DNA from: Chloroflexota bacterium
GTDB lineage: Bacteria; Chloroflexota; Dehalococcoidia; DSTF01; JACRBR01
Direction: 5' to 3'
Assembly (NCBI GenBank): GCA_037444005.1
Contig: JBBING010000007.1
Span: 1 to 62,106, forward strand
Length of the DNA stretch: 62,106 bases
Shown here in pieces: positions 1 through 8,161 of the stretch (within the stretch, counting starts at the first letter, position 1; each line of letters begins with the position of its first letter). Position numbers and translations under genes: made by a program. The notes under the pieces were generated by a model. It ran no database searches, was not told where the DNA came from, and saw nothing but the letters and a program-made list of their open reading frames with translations.

Positions 1-41
1 CCGAAGCCTCCGCGGCGTCCCCGGAGTCCGTCGAGACGCCC

Positions 42-857
42 GTGGCCCGCCGCGACACCGTCGGCGTGGTGTACCCCGCGCCGGCCGTCGCCGCGCCCGT
101 CTCCGGGCTCGCCGCGCGCCCCGTGCCCGCCGCCGCAGGGCCGCGCGAGCGCCGTGTCCGCGCGCCCGGTGTGCGAGGCGTCGTCGTCCTCGACCCCGGC
201 CACGGCAACGGCGACCCCGGCGCCGTCCACCGCGGACCCTCGGGCGAGGCCGACCTCACCGAGCGCGAGGTCACGCTCTCAGTCGCCGAGCACGCCCGCG
301 ACGCCCTCGAAGCGCTGGGCTACGACGTCTACCTCACGCGGCGTTCGGCGGGCGTGCCGCCCCTCGGGCCGCTCACCCACGCCCTCATCATCACCGACCT
401 CTTCTCGCGGGTGACGCTGGCCCGCGCCGTCGACGCCGACGTCTACGTCTCGATCCACGCGAACGGCTCGCCCTACGACTTCCATCGGGGGACGGAGGTC
501 TGGTACTGCGGGAAGTCGGCCCTGGGCGAGGCGAACCGCGCGCTGGCGGAGCTCCTGCTCCAGGGCATGCTCCACGGGTTCCGGACGTACGGCTACGACG
601 CCGTCGACCGCGGCCTGCGCGAGGACGCAGAGGCGCGCACGGACGGCGAATGGTGCCCGCTGGTGGTGACGCGCGAGGCGCCCGCGCCTTCGGCGCTCGT
701 CGAGCTGCTCTTCATGACCAACGACGACGACGCCCGGGTGCTGGCTGACGACCGGGCGCGGCGGCTGGTCGGCCGGGGCATCGCCCGCGCCATCGATCAG
801 TTCCTGGTGGACCGGGGCGTGGCGCCGCCCGTGACGGCGGGACGGCCAGGCGACTGA
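42..857 (+). CDS. N-acetylmuramoyl-L-alanine amidase (Amidase_3); the true start may lie upstream of the window
   Basis: Motifs VVLDPGHG, E (LTERE), VSIHAN and ALVELLFMTN match the Zn-amidase active site. Confidence 0.9.
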   Translation: MARRDTVGVVYPAPAVAAPVSGLAARPVPAAAGPRERRVRAPGVRGVVVLDPGHGNGDPGAVHRGPSGEADLTEREVTLSVAEHARDALEALGYDVYLTRRSAGVPPLGPLTHALIITDLFSRVTLARAVDADVYVSIHANGSPYDFHRGTEVWYCGKSALGEANRALAELLLQGMLHGFRTYGYDAVDRGLREDAEARTDGEWCPLVVTREAPAPSALVELLFMTNDDDARVLADDRARRLVGRGIARAIDQFLVDRGVAPPVTAGRPGD

Positions 858-957
858 AGAGGGAGCCGAACGGCCCCCTCGAACAGGCCATCCGGCCCTA
901 CGAGCCTTATTCTAGGGTTTGCTTAACTAAGGCCGTGGCGACTCCCGGATGCGGGAC

Positions 958-1000
958 GAGAGGGCGGAGGCCGTAGGGCCCCCGCCCTCTCACATTTTCT
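958..1000 (+). terminator. Stem-loop with T-rich tail, probable intrinsic terminator after the amidase
   Basis: GAGAGGGCGG-A-GGCC / GTAG loop / GGCC-C-CCGCCCTCTC followed by ACATTTTCT. Confidence 0.55.
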
Positions 1001-1096
1001 GCAACGTGACGACCCTCACGACGACATCCCGCCATCGCACCGGCACGATGACATGACGCCGGCGAACGGGAGGCATGCCCATCGGCGCCCGAGACT

Positions 1097-1122
1097 CCGG
1101 CCACGCTGAAGCGTGGCCTTCA
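1097..1122. repeat. Dispersed palindromic REP-like element (same family as the copies at 12443-12768)
   Basis: CCGGCCACGCTGAAGCGTGGCCTTCA; core identical to the copy starting at 12443. Confidence 0.85.
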
Positions 1123-1224
1123 CGGCATGCCTCGGGGGAGGGGCAGCGGGCCGGCCGGCGACGCTGGGCGCTGGTTCGCGACAGAATCTGTCGCGATGTG
1201 AGCCAACGAAGGAAGATCGGCCTC

Positions 1225-1254
1225 TTGACAGCGCGCCGATGCGCTCCCTATTAT
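1225..1254 (+). promoter_or_regulatory. sigma70-type promoter for the TasA-like/sipW operon
   Basis: TTGACA-N18-TATTAT in a GC-rich background. Confidence 0.7.
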
Positions 1255-1600
1255 AGGGGCTGTCCGGCAGCGCGCAGTTCCCCCTTGCGCGCGAGAGCGG
1301 CCGGACGTCCCCGCCCGCTGTCGTCCGCTGCCGAAGACGACGGTGACGAGCCTGTGGCGAAAGCGACGCGCCCTGCGGGATCTGGCCGCAGGGCGCGGAG
1401 CAGCGGAGTCCGGTGTCGGCGGCCACCGCTGCCCTTCCAGTGTACCCCCGTTCGTACACGCCGCACAGGGCAGCTTTCCGCACACGGTGCGCCGGACTCC
1501 CCGAAAGGAGGTGGTGTCCACCGGCGTACGCGGAATTCACCACGCCCGCCGGCGGCGGGCGCCGGCAACCGACATCCACGACACAGAGGAGGATGATCCC

Positions 1601-2206
1601 ATGAAACGCGGAGTCTTCAGCGCTGGGGCGCTGTTCCTGGTGCTCGTGGGGCTCCTGGGCGCCCTGGCCGTGGGCTGGGGCCTCTGGTCCAAGACCCTCA
1701 AGGTCGAAGGCACGGTCAACACCGGCGACTTCAACGCCCAGTGGACGAAAGTGAGCACGAACGACCCCTCAGGTGAGCCGAGCCCCGACCCCTGCACCGA
1801 GGCGAACCCGAACGACTGCGACTATGAGCACAAGGACGTGGGGTCGTGCGACGCCTGGGTTGACGAAGAAGACGACCAGCTCCTGCACGTCCAGATCGAG
1901 AACGCCTACCCGAGCTACGAGTGCACCATCACGGCCAGCGTGCTGAACTCGGGGACGATCCCGTTCAACATTCTGGTGGATGGAGCCGCCGCTGACCCCG
2001 AGCTGGACATCGAGTGTGACCCGCCGGCAGGCCAGGTCGACCCCGGCGAGACGGCCGAGGGCACGTGCTGGGTGCACGTGAAGCAGGAGGCCAAGGAGCG
2101 GTCGACGTACACCGCCGAGGCGACGCTCTGCGTCGCGCAGTGGAACGAGGACCCGAGCGTCGAGGAGTGCCTCGCCGCGGCCGGTAACTCCGAGCCCGAG
2201 CCCTAG
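1601..2206 (+). CDS. TasA/CalY/archaeal bundling pilin-like secreted protein with SipW-cognate signal peptide (paralog 1)
   Basis: GGAGG SD before ATG 1601; signal peptide followed by GLWSKTLKVEGTVNTG; ENAYPSY, NSGTIP and C-terminal QWNE; upstream of sipW. Confidence 0.75.
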   Translation: MKRGVFSAGALFLVLVGLLGALAVGWGLWSKTLKVEGTVNTGDFNAQWTKVSTNDPSGEPSPDPCTEANPNDCDYEHKDVGSCDAWVDEEDDQLLHVQIENAYPSYECTITASVLNSGTIPFNILVDGAAADPELDIECDPPAGQVDPGETAEGTCWVHVKQEAKERSTYTAEATLCVAQWNEDPSVEECLAAAGNSEPEP

Positions 2207-2223
2207 AAACGAGTGACTGAGTG

Positions 2224-2853
2224 ATGACGACGCGAACGGCCGTACTGCTCGGGGCGGCGCTGGTGGTCGCGCTGGCGGCCATCGGCGTCGGCTACGGACT
2301 CTGGTCCAAGACGCTCGTCGTCTCGGGCACCGTCCACACGGGCGACCTGAACGCGGACTGGGCCCTGACGTCGTGCGCCGAGCACCACGGCTGGCCGGGG
2401 CCGCTCCAGCCGGGCGAGTACCTGGGGAAAGACGTGGGTTCGGTGACGGCGACGATCGACCCGCAGGACGCCCAGATTCTCCACTTCACCGTGGAGAACG
2501 CCTATCCGAGTTACGTGGCGGACTGCGAGGTCGAGTACACGAACACCGGCACGATTCCGGTGAACGTGATCGCGACGACGATCGTCCCCGGAGACGGGCT
2601 GACCAACTGCACGCTCTCCGGCAACCAGACGAAGACGTTGGAGTGCGATCAGTTGACCGTGGTGTTCGTCGACGGTATCGGCAGCCAGCTCGACCCCGAC
2701 GACACCCTGGCCAGCAGCCTGCGAATCCACGTGGAGCAGCCGGCCAAGGAGCGGACGACGTACGAGTTCGACGTTCTGGTCTGCCTCGCCCAGTGGAACG
2801 AGAGCCCGACGGCGGAGGAGTGCTTCGACGCGGCGGGAGACTCGGAGCCCTGA
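2224..2853 (+). CDS. TasA-like SipW-dependent filament subunit (paralog 2)
   Basis: GYGLWSKTLVVSGTVHTG, KDVGS, VENAYPSY, NTGTIP and CLAQWNE are shared with paralog 1. Confidence 0.75.
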   Translation: MTTRTAVLLGAALVVALAAIGVGYGLWSKTLVVSGTVHTGDLNADWALTSCAEHHGWPGPLQPGEYLGKDVGSVTATIDPQDAQILHFTVENAYPSYVADCEVEYTNTGTIPVNVIATTIVPGDGLTNCTLSGNQTKTLECDQLTVVFVDGIGSQLDPDDTLASSLRIHVEQPAKERTTYEFDVLVCLAQWNESPTAEECFDAAGDSEP

Positions 2854-2869
2854 CGCAGTGACGGATCGC

Positions 2870-2913
2870 GGCCGGAACCGCGGACCCGAGGGACAGGGGT
2901 CCCGGTTCCGGCC
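2870..2913 (+). promoter_or_regulatory. Intercistronic stem-loop between the pilin genes and sipW
   Basis: GGCCGGAACCG...CGGTTCCGGCC (11 bp) with an inner GGACCC/GGGTCC stem. Confidence 0.6.
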
Positions 2914-2937
2914 CGGTCCGGACCCAAGGCGAAGCGG

Positions 2938-4905
2938 ATGCAGGTCGCGACTTCAACGCAAGACATCACGATCGCGAGTCCGCAGCCCCCCGGAGCGGGG
3001 TGGCGCGTGTTCGCCGCCCGGGCGGGGGGTTGGCTGGCCGTGCTGCTCGCGGCCGGGGCGGCGTACGCCGTCGCGTCGTTCCTGCCCGACGGCCTGCGCC
3101 CCGGACCGACGGTGGACATGTACGTCCTGCGGCCCGCCCTGTGGCTAACCGTCGCGGCAGCCGCGTGGCTGATCGTGCGACGCCTTTCGCCGGAGCGGCC
3201 GCGACTCGTCAACCGGCTTCTGCCGCTCGCGGCCCTGGCGGGCGCGTTCCACGTCGCCGTTCTGGCGCTCACCGGGATCGTGTTCGGCTTCGGGCACTCC
3301 CCCTACGGCGATTCGATGACGGTGATGGCCGAGAACGCCTTCTACGTCGCCACGCTGCTTGCGGGCCAGGAGACAGCGCGGGCCGCGCTGCTTGCGCTCG
3401 GCGGCCGACGGCTCGAGCCGCTCAATGTCGCCGTCGTCGCGCTGGCGTTCGGGCTCGCGGCTGTGCCGCCGGGCCGCTTCACCCACGCCACGGGAGGGGA
3501 AGCGGCCTTTCAACTGGCCGGAGGCGCCGTGTTGCCCGCGTTGTCCGAAAGCCTGCTGTCGACCTTGCTGGCACTGAACGGCGGACCGATCGCGTCCTTC
3601 GCGTACCGCGCGGCGCTCGAAGGGTTTCGCTGGCTGTCGCCCATTCTTCCCGACCTCGAATGGGGCGTGGCGGCGTTCGTGGGCACCCTGACGCCCGCGG
3701 TGGCGCTCTTTATTGTCCTCGGAGCCGCCAGCGAGCCGTCCGCCGCCCCCGCGAAACGCCGGAGTTGGGCCGGCGCCGTCGCAGGCGCGCTCGGGTACGC
3801 GGCGGCGTTGCTGGTCGTCGGGCTCCTGTGGCTCTCGACGGGGCTCCTCGGCGTCCGGCCGTCGCTGGTCGCCGGCCACAGCATGGAGCCGGCGCTGCAC
3901 ACGGGCGACGTGGTGCTGACCCGTGAGGTCGATCCAGACGACATCCGCATCGGCGACATCGTCCGTTTCCGGATAGGGGACACCGAGGTCCTCCACCGGG
4001 TCATCGAAATTTATCGAAACGATACCGGCGCATGGTTCGTGACAAAGGGTGACAACAACGAAGACGCCGACCGCCCCATCCAGGCCGAGCAGATCGAGGG
4101 CAGAGTGGTCGCCGTCATCCCCAAAGTCGGTTGGGTTGGCATCTGGGCCAGGAACACCGTAGCGAACGCGCTCGGGTTCCTGGCGCGAGCGGACGAAGCG
4201 CCCGATGGCTTCATGGCGGAACGGCTCGACATCGCCATCACCGCCGCCACGGGCGACGCGCCGCCGCAGGCGCCGCCGGAGTGCGCCGGGATGATCTTCG
4301 ACAACGTCATCGTGGGCACGGAAGGAGATGACGAGCTCGTCGGTACCAACAAGCGCGACCTCATCCTCGGGCTCGGCGGGAACGACGTCATCGCCGGCGA
4401 CAACCAGGCGGACTGCCTGGACGGCGGGCCGGGGAACGACCTCCTGACCGGCGCCAACGGGAAGGACGTCGTCGTCGGCGGGCCGGGGAACGACCTCCTC
4501 TTCGGGGACAACGGGGTCGACCTGCTCTACGGCGGCGACGGCGACGACGAGCTCCACGGCGACAACGGCGACGACCGCGTCGACGGCGGCCCCGGCGTCG
4601 ACGTCTGCGACGGCGGCCGCGCCCTCGAGGTGTTCGTCGACTGCGAGGCGGGCGATTTCCTGTGGATGCTCGCGCCGACGCCCACCGCCACGCCGACGCC
4701 CACGGCGTCGCCCACGGACACGCCGTCGCCCACGCCGACGCCGTCTCCGACGTTCACGCCGACGCCAACCCCGGCGTCCGAGCCGGAGGATCCGCCGCTC
4801 GGCCCGGACATCGGCGGCTCGCTGCCGCCACCGCCGCCGACGGACACGCCCTCGCCCGAGCCCACGCCGGCGCCCACCAGCGCGCCCGAAGGCGCCGAAG
4901 GCTGA
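2938..4905 (+). CDS. sipW: Signal peptidase I of SipW/ER type, fused to an N-terminal multi-TM domain and C-terminal RTX Ca-binding repeats plus Pro/Thr tail
   Basis: GHSMEPALHTGD (Ser), VLHRV (His), TKGDNNEDAD; GGxGxD nonapeptide repeats; PTPTATPTPT tail. Confidence 0.85.
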   Translation: MQVATSTQDITIASPQPPGAGWRVFAARAGGWLAVLLAAGAAYAVASFLPDGLRPGPTVDMYVLRPALWLTVAAAAWLIVRRLSPERPRLVNRLLPLAALAGAFHVAVLALTGIVFGFGHSPYGDSMTVMAENAFYVATLLAGQETARAALLALGGRRLEPLNVAVVALAFGLAAVPPGRFTHATGGEAAFQLAGGAVLPALSESLLSTLLALNGGPIASFAYRAALEGFRWLSPILPDLEWGVAAFVGTLTPAVALFIVLGAASEPSAAPAKRRSWAGAVAGALGYAAALLVVGLLWLSTGLLGVRPSLVAGHSMEPALHTGDVVLTREVDPDDIRIGDIVRFRIGDTEVLHRVIEIYRNDTGAWFVTKGDNNEDADRPIQAEQIEGRVVAVIPKVGWVGIWARNTVANALGFLARADEAPDGFMAERLDIAITAATGDAPPQAPPECAGMIFDNVIVGTEGDDELVGTNKRDLILGLGGNDVIAGDNQADCLDGGPGNDLLTGANGKDVVVGGPGNDLLFGDNGVDLLYGGDGDDELHGDNGDDRVDGGPGVDVCDGGRALEVFVDCEAGDFLWMLAPTPTATPTPTASPTDTPSPTPTPSPTFTPTPTPASEPEDPPLGPDIGGSLPPPPPTDTPSPEPTPAPTSAPEGAEG

Positions 4906-4915
4906 GCCGCAGCGG

Positions 4916-6067
4916 CTACTGATAGCGCAGGATGGCGCCCGCGCCGTGCGGGCGCAGCAGGTCCGCCGCCTCGCCCCGCACGAACTCGATGCGCGCGCCC
5001 GTCGCCAGCGCCATGCGCACCGCCCGCGCCGCGAGGTCGGGCGCCGGGCGCATCTCGGCGTCGCAGTAGGGGCAGCGATCCACCCGCTCGCGCACGACGG
5101 AGTGGCCCTCCGGGCATTCGTAGCCCTCGGCGGTCAGTCCTTCGACCAGCGCGAGCCGGTGGACCCGCCCCTCGGACAATGCGGTCAGCGTGTCGTCCCA
5201 TCCCAGCGCCGCCAGCTCCCCCTTCGGCGCACGCTCCAGGATGTCCTCCACGAGCGCGCGCTCGCCGGCCCGCTCGATCTGCGCCTCGACATCGCGCACG
5301 CGGGCCACGATGTCGGCGTCGCTGGCGAAGAGCTCGCCGGCGAACTCGCCGACCACCTTCTCGCGGAGCGAGCGCGGGAGGGCGTCCTTGAGGGCGGCGA
5401 GCGCCTCGTCGGGCCCGCCGATGAGGAGGCGGTGGAAGCGCTCGCGCCGCTCGAGCGACCAGAGGCGCTCGGCGACATGGCGCATGTGCTCGTGGACGTG
5501 CCAGTCGCGATGCCGGGCGTACCGCGCCTGCGACCACCCACCCGCGGCCGTGCGCCCGGGAACCACGTCCTCGATCTCGATGCGGTCGCGGATCTCGCCG
5601 AGCCAGACGGTGAGGATGCGGGCCCGCTCTTTGTCCACGAGCGCCACGCAGTAGCGCTCGTATTCGTCGAGCGCGCCGATGAGGGGCACGAGGTAGGGCC
5701 GCGGGCCGAAGTGCGCGCCGTCGATGACAGGGACCTCGAGCGCGATGGGGATGAAGGCGTCGAGGGGCGCGCAGGAGAACATCGCGACGCTGCGCCCCGG
5801 CGGTTCTTCCCAGCTCCGGACGTATTCGTTCACGCGGGCGATCTCCTCCTCGACGCGGGCCTCGGCCGGGGTGTCGCGGACCTGCTGCCGCAGCGGCTTC
5901 CACAGGTCGAGCAGGGCCGCCTCGAACCCTTCGCGCTCCATGTGCGCCGGCTCGACGTCGAGGTACACGCTGAGCACGCCGTCTTCGGGCGCGTGCAGAT
6001 CGAGCGCCCGGTCGATGGCGTCGGCGTCGAGCGCGAGGGCGGGATAGTTCGCGAGCGTGAGTTGCAT
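4916..6067 (-). CDS. Bacterial archaeo-eukaryotic release factor 1 homolog (baeRF1 / Vms1-ANKZF1-like) with Zn ribbon
   Basis: LSVYLD N-domain; GRTAAGGWSQARYARH catalytic loop; LLIGGP; CPEGH...CPYC; C-terminal GAGAILRY typical of eRF1 domain 3. Confidence 0.85.
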   Translation of the reverse strand: MQLTLANYPALALDADAIDRALDLHAPEDGVLSVYLDVEPAHMEREGFEAALLDLWKPLRQQVRDTPAEARVEEEIARVNEYVRSWEEPPGRSVAMFSCAPLDAFIPIALEVPVIDGAHFGPRPYLVPLIGALDEYERYCVALVDKERARILTVWLGEIRDRIEIEDVVPGRTAAGGWSQARYARHRDWHVHEHMRHVAERLWSLERRERFHRLLIGGPDEALAALKDALPRSLREKVVGEFAGELFASDADIVARVRDVEAQIERAGERALVEDILERAPKGELAALGWDDTLTALSEGRVHRLALVEGLTAEGYECPEGHSVVRERVDRCPYCDAEMRPAPDLAARAVRMALATGARIEFVRGEAADLLRPHGAGAILRYQ

Positions 6068-6190
6068 GGCGGGCCTCCCTTCCTGATGGTCCCGCTCTCA
6101 CGGTAGCAGGTCCGGGGGACCGGAGGCATCGCCCGTCCGTCCCCTCGCCGCGAGCCGAACGGCGCTGGCGGGGGCGCGCGGGCGTCGCCG

Positions 6191-6196
6191 TATAAT
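6191..6196 (+). promoter_or_regulatory. -10 box for archease-rtcB
   Basis: Perfect TATAAT 21 nt before the GTG, followed by a GGGAGG SD. Confidence 0.55.
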
Positions 6197-6217
6197 CCCA
6201 TCGGGAAGGGAGGCCCA

Positions 6218-6637
6218 GTGAAGCGCCCGCCCTTCGAGATCTGGGAGCACACGGCCGACGCGGGCGTCATCGCCCGCGGCGCGACGCTCGAGGAGGCCTT
6301 CGCGAACGCCGCGGCCGGCATGTACGCCCTCATGGTCGACCTCTCGGGCGTGCAGGAGCGCGAGACCCGCGAGGTGGCCGTCGAGGGCGACGAGCCGGAG
6401 CGCCTGCTGGTCAACTGGCTGCTGGAGCTGCTCTTCCTCACCGACGTCGAGAATCTGGTGTTCCGGCGGTTCGACGTGACGATCGAGGACGGGCGCCTGC
6501 GCGGCCGCGCGTACGGCGAGCCCCTCGACCCCGAGCGGCACACACTCGGGTCCGCGGTCAAGGCGGTGACCCGCCACGGGCTCGAGATCGCCCGGGAGGA
6601 CGGCGGGTACCGGGTGCGGGTGCTGTTCGACCTGTGA
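6218..6637 (+). CDS. Archease (RtcB cofactor)
   Basis: EHTADAG, LVNWLLELLF, VKAVTRH and terminal LFDL; directly upstream of rtcB. Confidence 0.95.
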   Translation: MKRPPFEIWEHTADAGVIARGATLEEAFANAAAGMYALMVDLSGVQERETREVAVEGDEPERLLVNWLLELLFLTDVENLVFRRFDVTIEDGRLRGRAYGEPLDPERHTLGSAVKAVTRHGLEIAREDGGYRVRVLFDL

Positions 6638-6644
6638 GGGAGCC

Positions 6645-8102
6645 ATGACCACCTGGCGCAAGGTGCTGCAGCGCGTCGACGCCTACCGCTGGGAGCTCCC
6701 GGCGGACTACAAGCCGGGCATGCGCGTGCCCGCGCGCATCTACGCCGACGAAGAGCTGCTCTCCATCGTCGAGGAGGAGCAGGCGCTGGAGCAGGCCGCC
6801 AACGTGGCGACCCTGCCCGGCATCGTCTGGCGCTCGCTCGCAATGCCCGACATTCACTGGGGCTACGGCTTCCCCATCGGCGGCGTCGCCGCCATGCGGT
6901 TGGACGACGGCGTCATCTCGCCCGGCGGCGTCGGCTTCGACATCAACTGCGGCACGCGGCTCATCGCCACGGAGCTGACGGAGGCCGACGTCCGCCCGCG
7001 CCTGCAGGAGCTGGTCGACCGGCTGTTCCAGGAGGTGCCGGCGGGCCTCGGGGGCCACGGTCCGCTGCGGGTCACCGACAGCGAGCTGGACGAGATCATG
7101 GTGCGCGGGTCGGCGTGGATGGTCGAGCGCGGATACGGCCTCCCGGAAGACCTCGAGGCGACGGAGAGCCGCGGCTGCCTCCCGGGCGCGGACCCCTCGT
7201 GCGTGACGGCGCGGGCGCGCCAGCGGGGCCACGCGCAACTGGGCACCCTCGGCTCCGGCAACCACTTCCTCGAAGTGCAGGTTCTCGACACGGTGTACGA
7301 CCGCGAGGCGGCGACGCGCTTCGGCCTCGGCGAGCCCGGGCAGGTCCTGGTCTTCTTCCACTGCGGGTCTCGGGGCTTCGGTCATCAGATCTGTCAGGAC
7401 TATCTCGACGTGATGGAATCGGCCGCGGCGCGCTACGGCATCCACCTGCCCGACAAGCAGCTCGCGTGCGCGCCCATCCGCTCGCCGGAGGGGAAACGCT
7501 ATCTGGCCGCGATGGCGGCGGGCGCTAACTTCGCGTGGGCCAACCGCCAGTGCATCACGCACTGGGTCCGCCGTTCGTTCGAGCTCGTCTTCGGGCGCAG
7601 CGCCGAGGCGCTGGGCATGCGTCTCGTGTACGACGTCGCCCACAACATCGCGAAGATCGAGCGGCACACGTTCGAAGGGCGCGCGATCGAGGTGTGCGTG
7701 CACCGCAAGGGGGCGACGCGGGCGTTCCCCGCGGGACACCCGGAGGTTCCCGAGCGCTATCGCGACGTGGGGCAGCCGGCGCTCATCCCGGGCGACATGG
7801 GGCGGTATTCGTTCGTAACGGTGGGCCTGCCGCGCGCGATGGAGGAGACGTGGGGCTCGACGTGCCACGGCGCCGGCCGGGTGCGCAGCCGCCACGCCGC
7901 CAAGCGGCTCCTCAAGGGCGTCGATATCCGCCAGCGCCTGGCGAAGCTGGGCATCATCGTGCGCTGCCACAATCCGGGCGCGCTGGCGGAGGAGGCCAGC
8001 GAGGCGTACAAGGACGTCGCGAACGTGGTGGAGGTGCTCGAGAAGGCGGGCATCTCCCGCAACGTCGCGAAGCTACGTCCCATCGGGGTCATCAAGGGCT
8101 GA
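6645..8102 (+). CDS. rtcB: RNA 2',3'-cyclic phosphate/5'-OH ligase RtcB, archaeal-like long form
   Basis: MPDIHWGYGFPIG, DINCG, GNHF, HCGSRG, HNIAK, HRKGAT, HGAGR, AYKDV. Confidence 0.97.
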   Translation: MTTWRKVLQRVDAYRWELPADYKPGMRVPARIYADEELLSIVEEEQALEQAANVATLPGIVWRSLAMPDIHWGYGFPIGGVAAMRLDDGVISPGGVGFDINCGTRLIATELTEADVRPRLQELVDRLFQEVPAGLGGHGPLRVTDSELDEIMVRGSAWMVERGYGLPEDLEATESRGCLPGADPSCVTARARQRGHAQLGTLGSGNHFLEVQVLDTVYDREAATRFGLGEPGQVLVFFHCGSRGFGHQICQDYLDVMESAAARYGIHLPDKQLACAPIRSPEGKRYLAAMAAGANFAWANRQCITHWVRRSFELVFGRSAEALGMRLVYDVAHNIAKIERHTFEGRAIEVCVHRKGATRAFPAGHPEVPERYRDVGQPALIPGDMGRYSFVTVGLPRAMEETWGSTCHGAGRVRSRHAAKRLLKGVDIRQRLAKLGIIVRCHNPGALAEEASEAYKDVANVVEVLEKAGISRNVAKLRPIGVIKG

Positions 8103-8161
8103 GGGCGCGCGAACGGGGCCGCGTGTGCGACAATAGGGGCGGCCAGCGGTAAGGAGCGCAC

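Noticed and set aside
1440-1530. c-di-GMP-I riboswitch (GCACAGGGCA resembles the Vc2 5' end)
   Set aside because: GGCAAAC, the GNRA-capped P2 and the GACGCAAAG junction are absent
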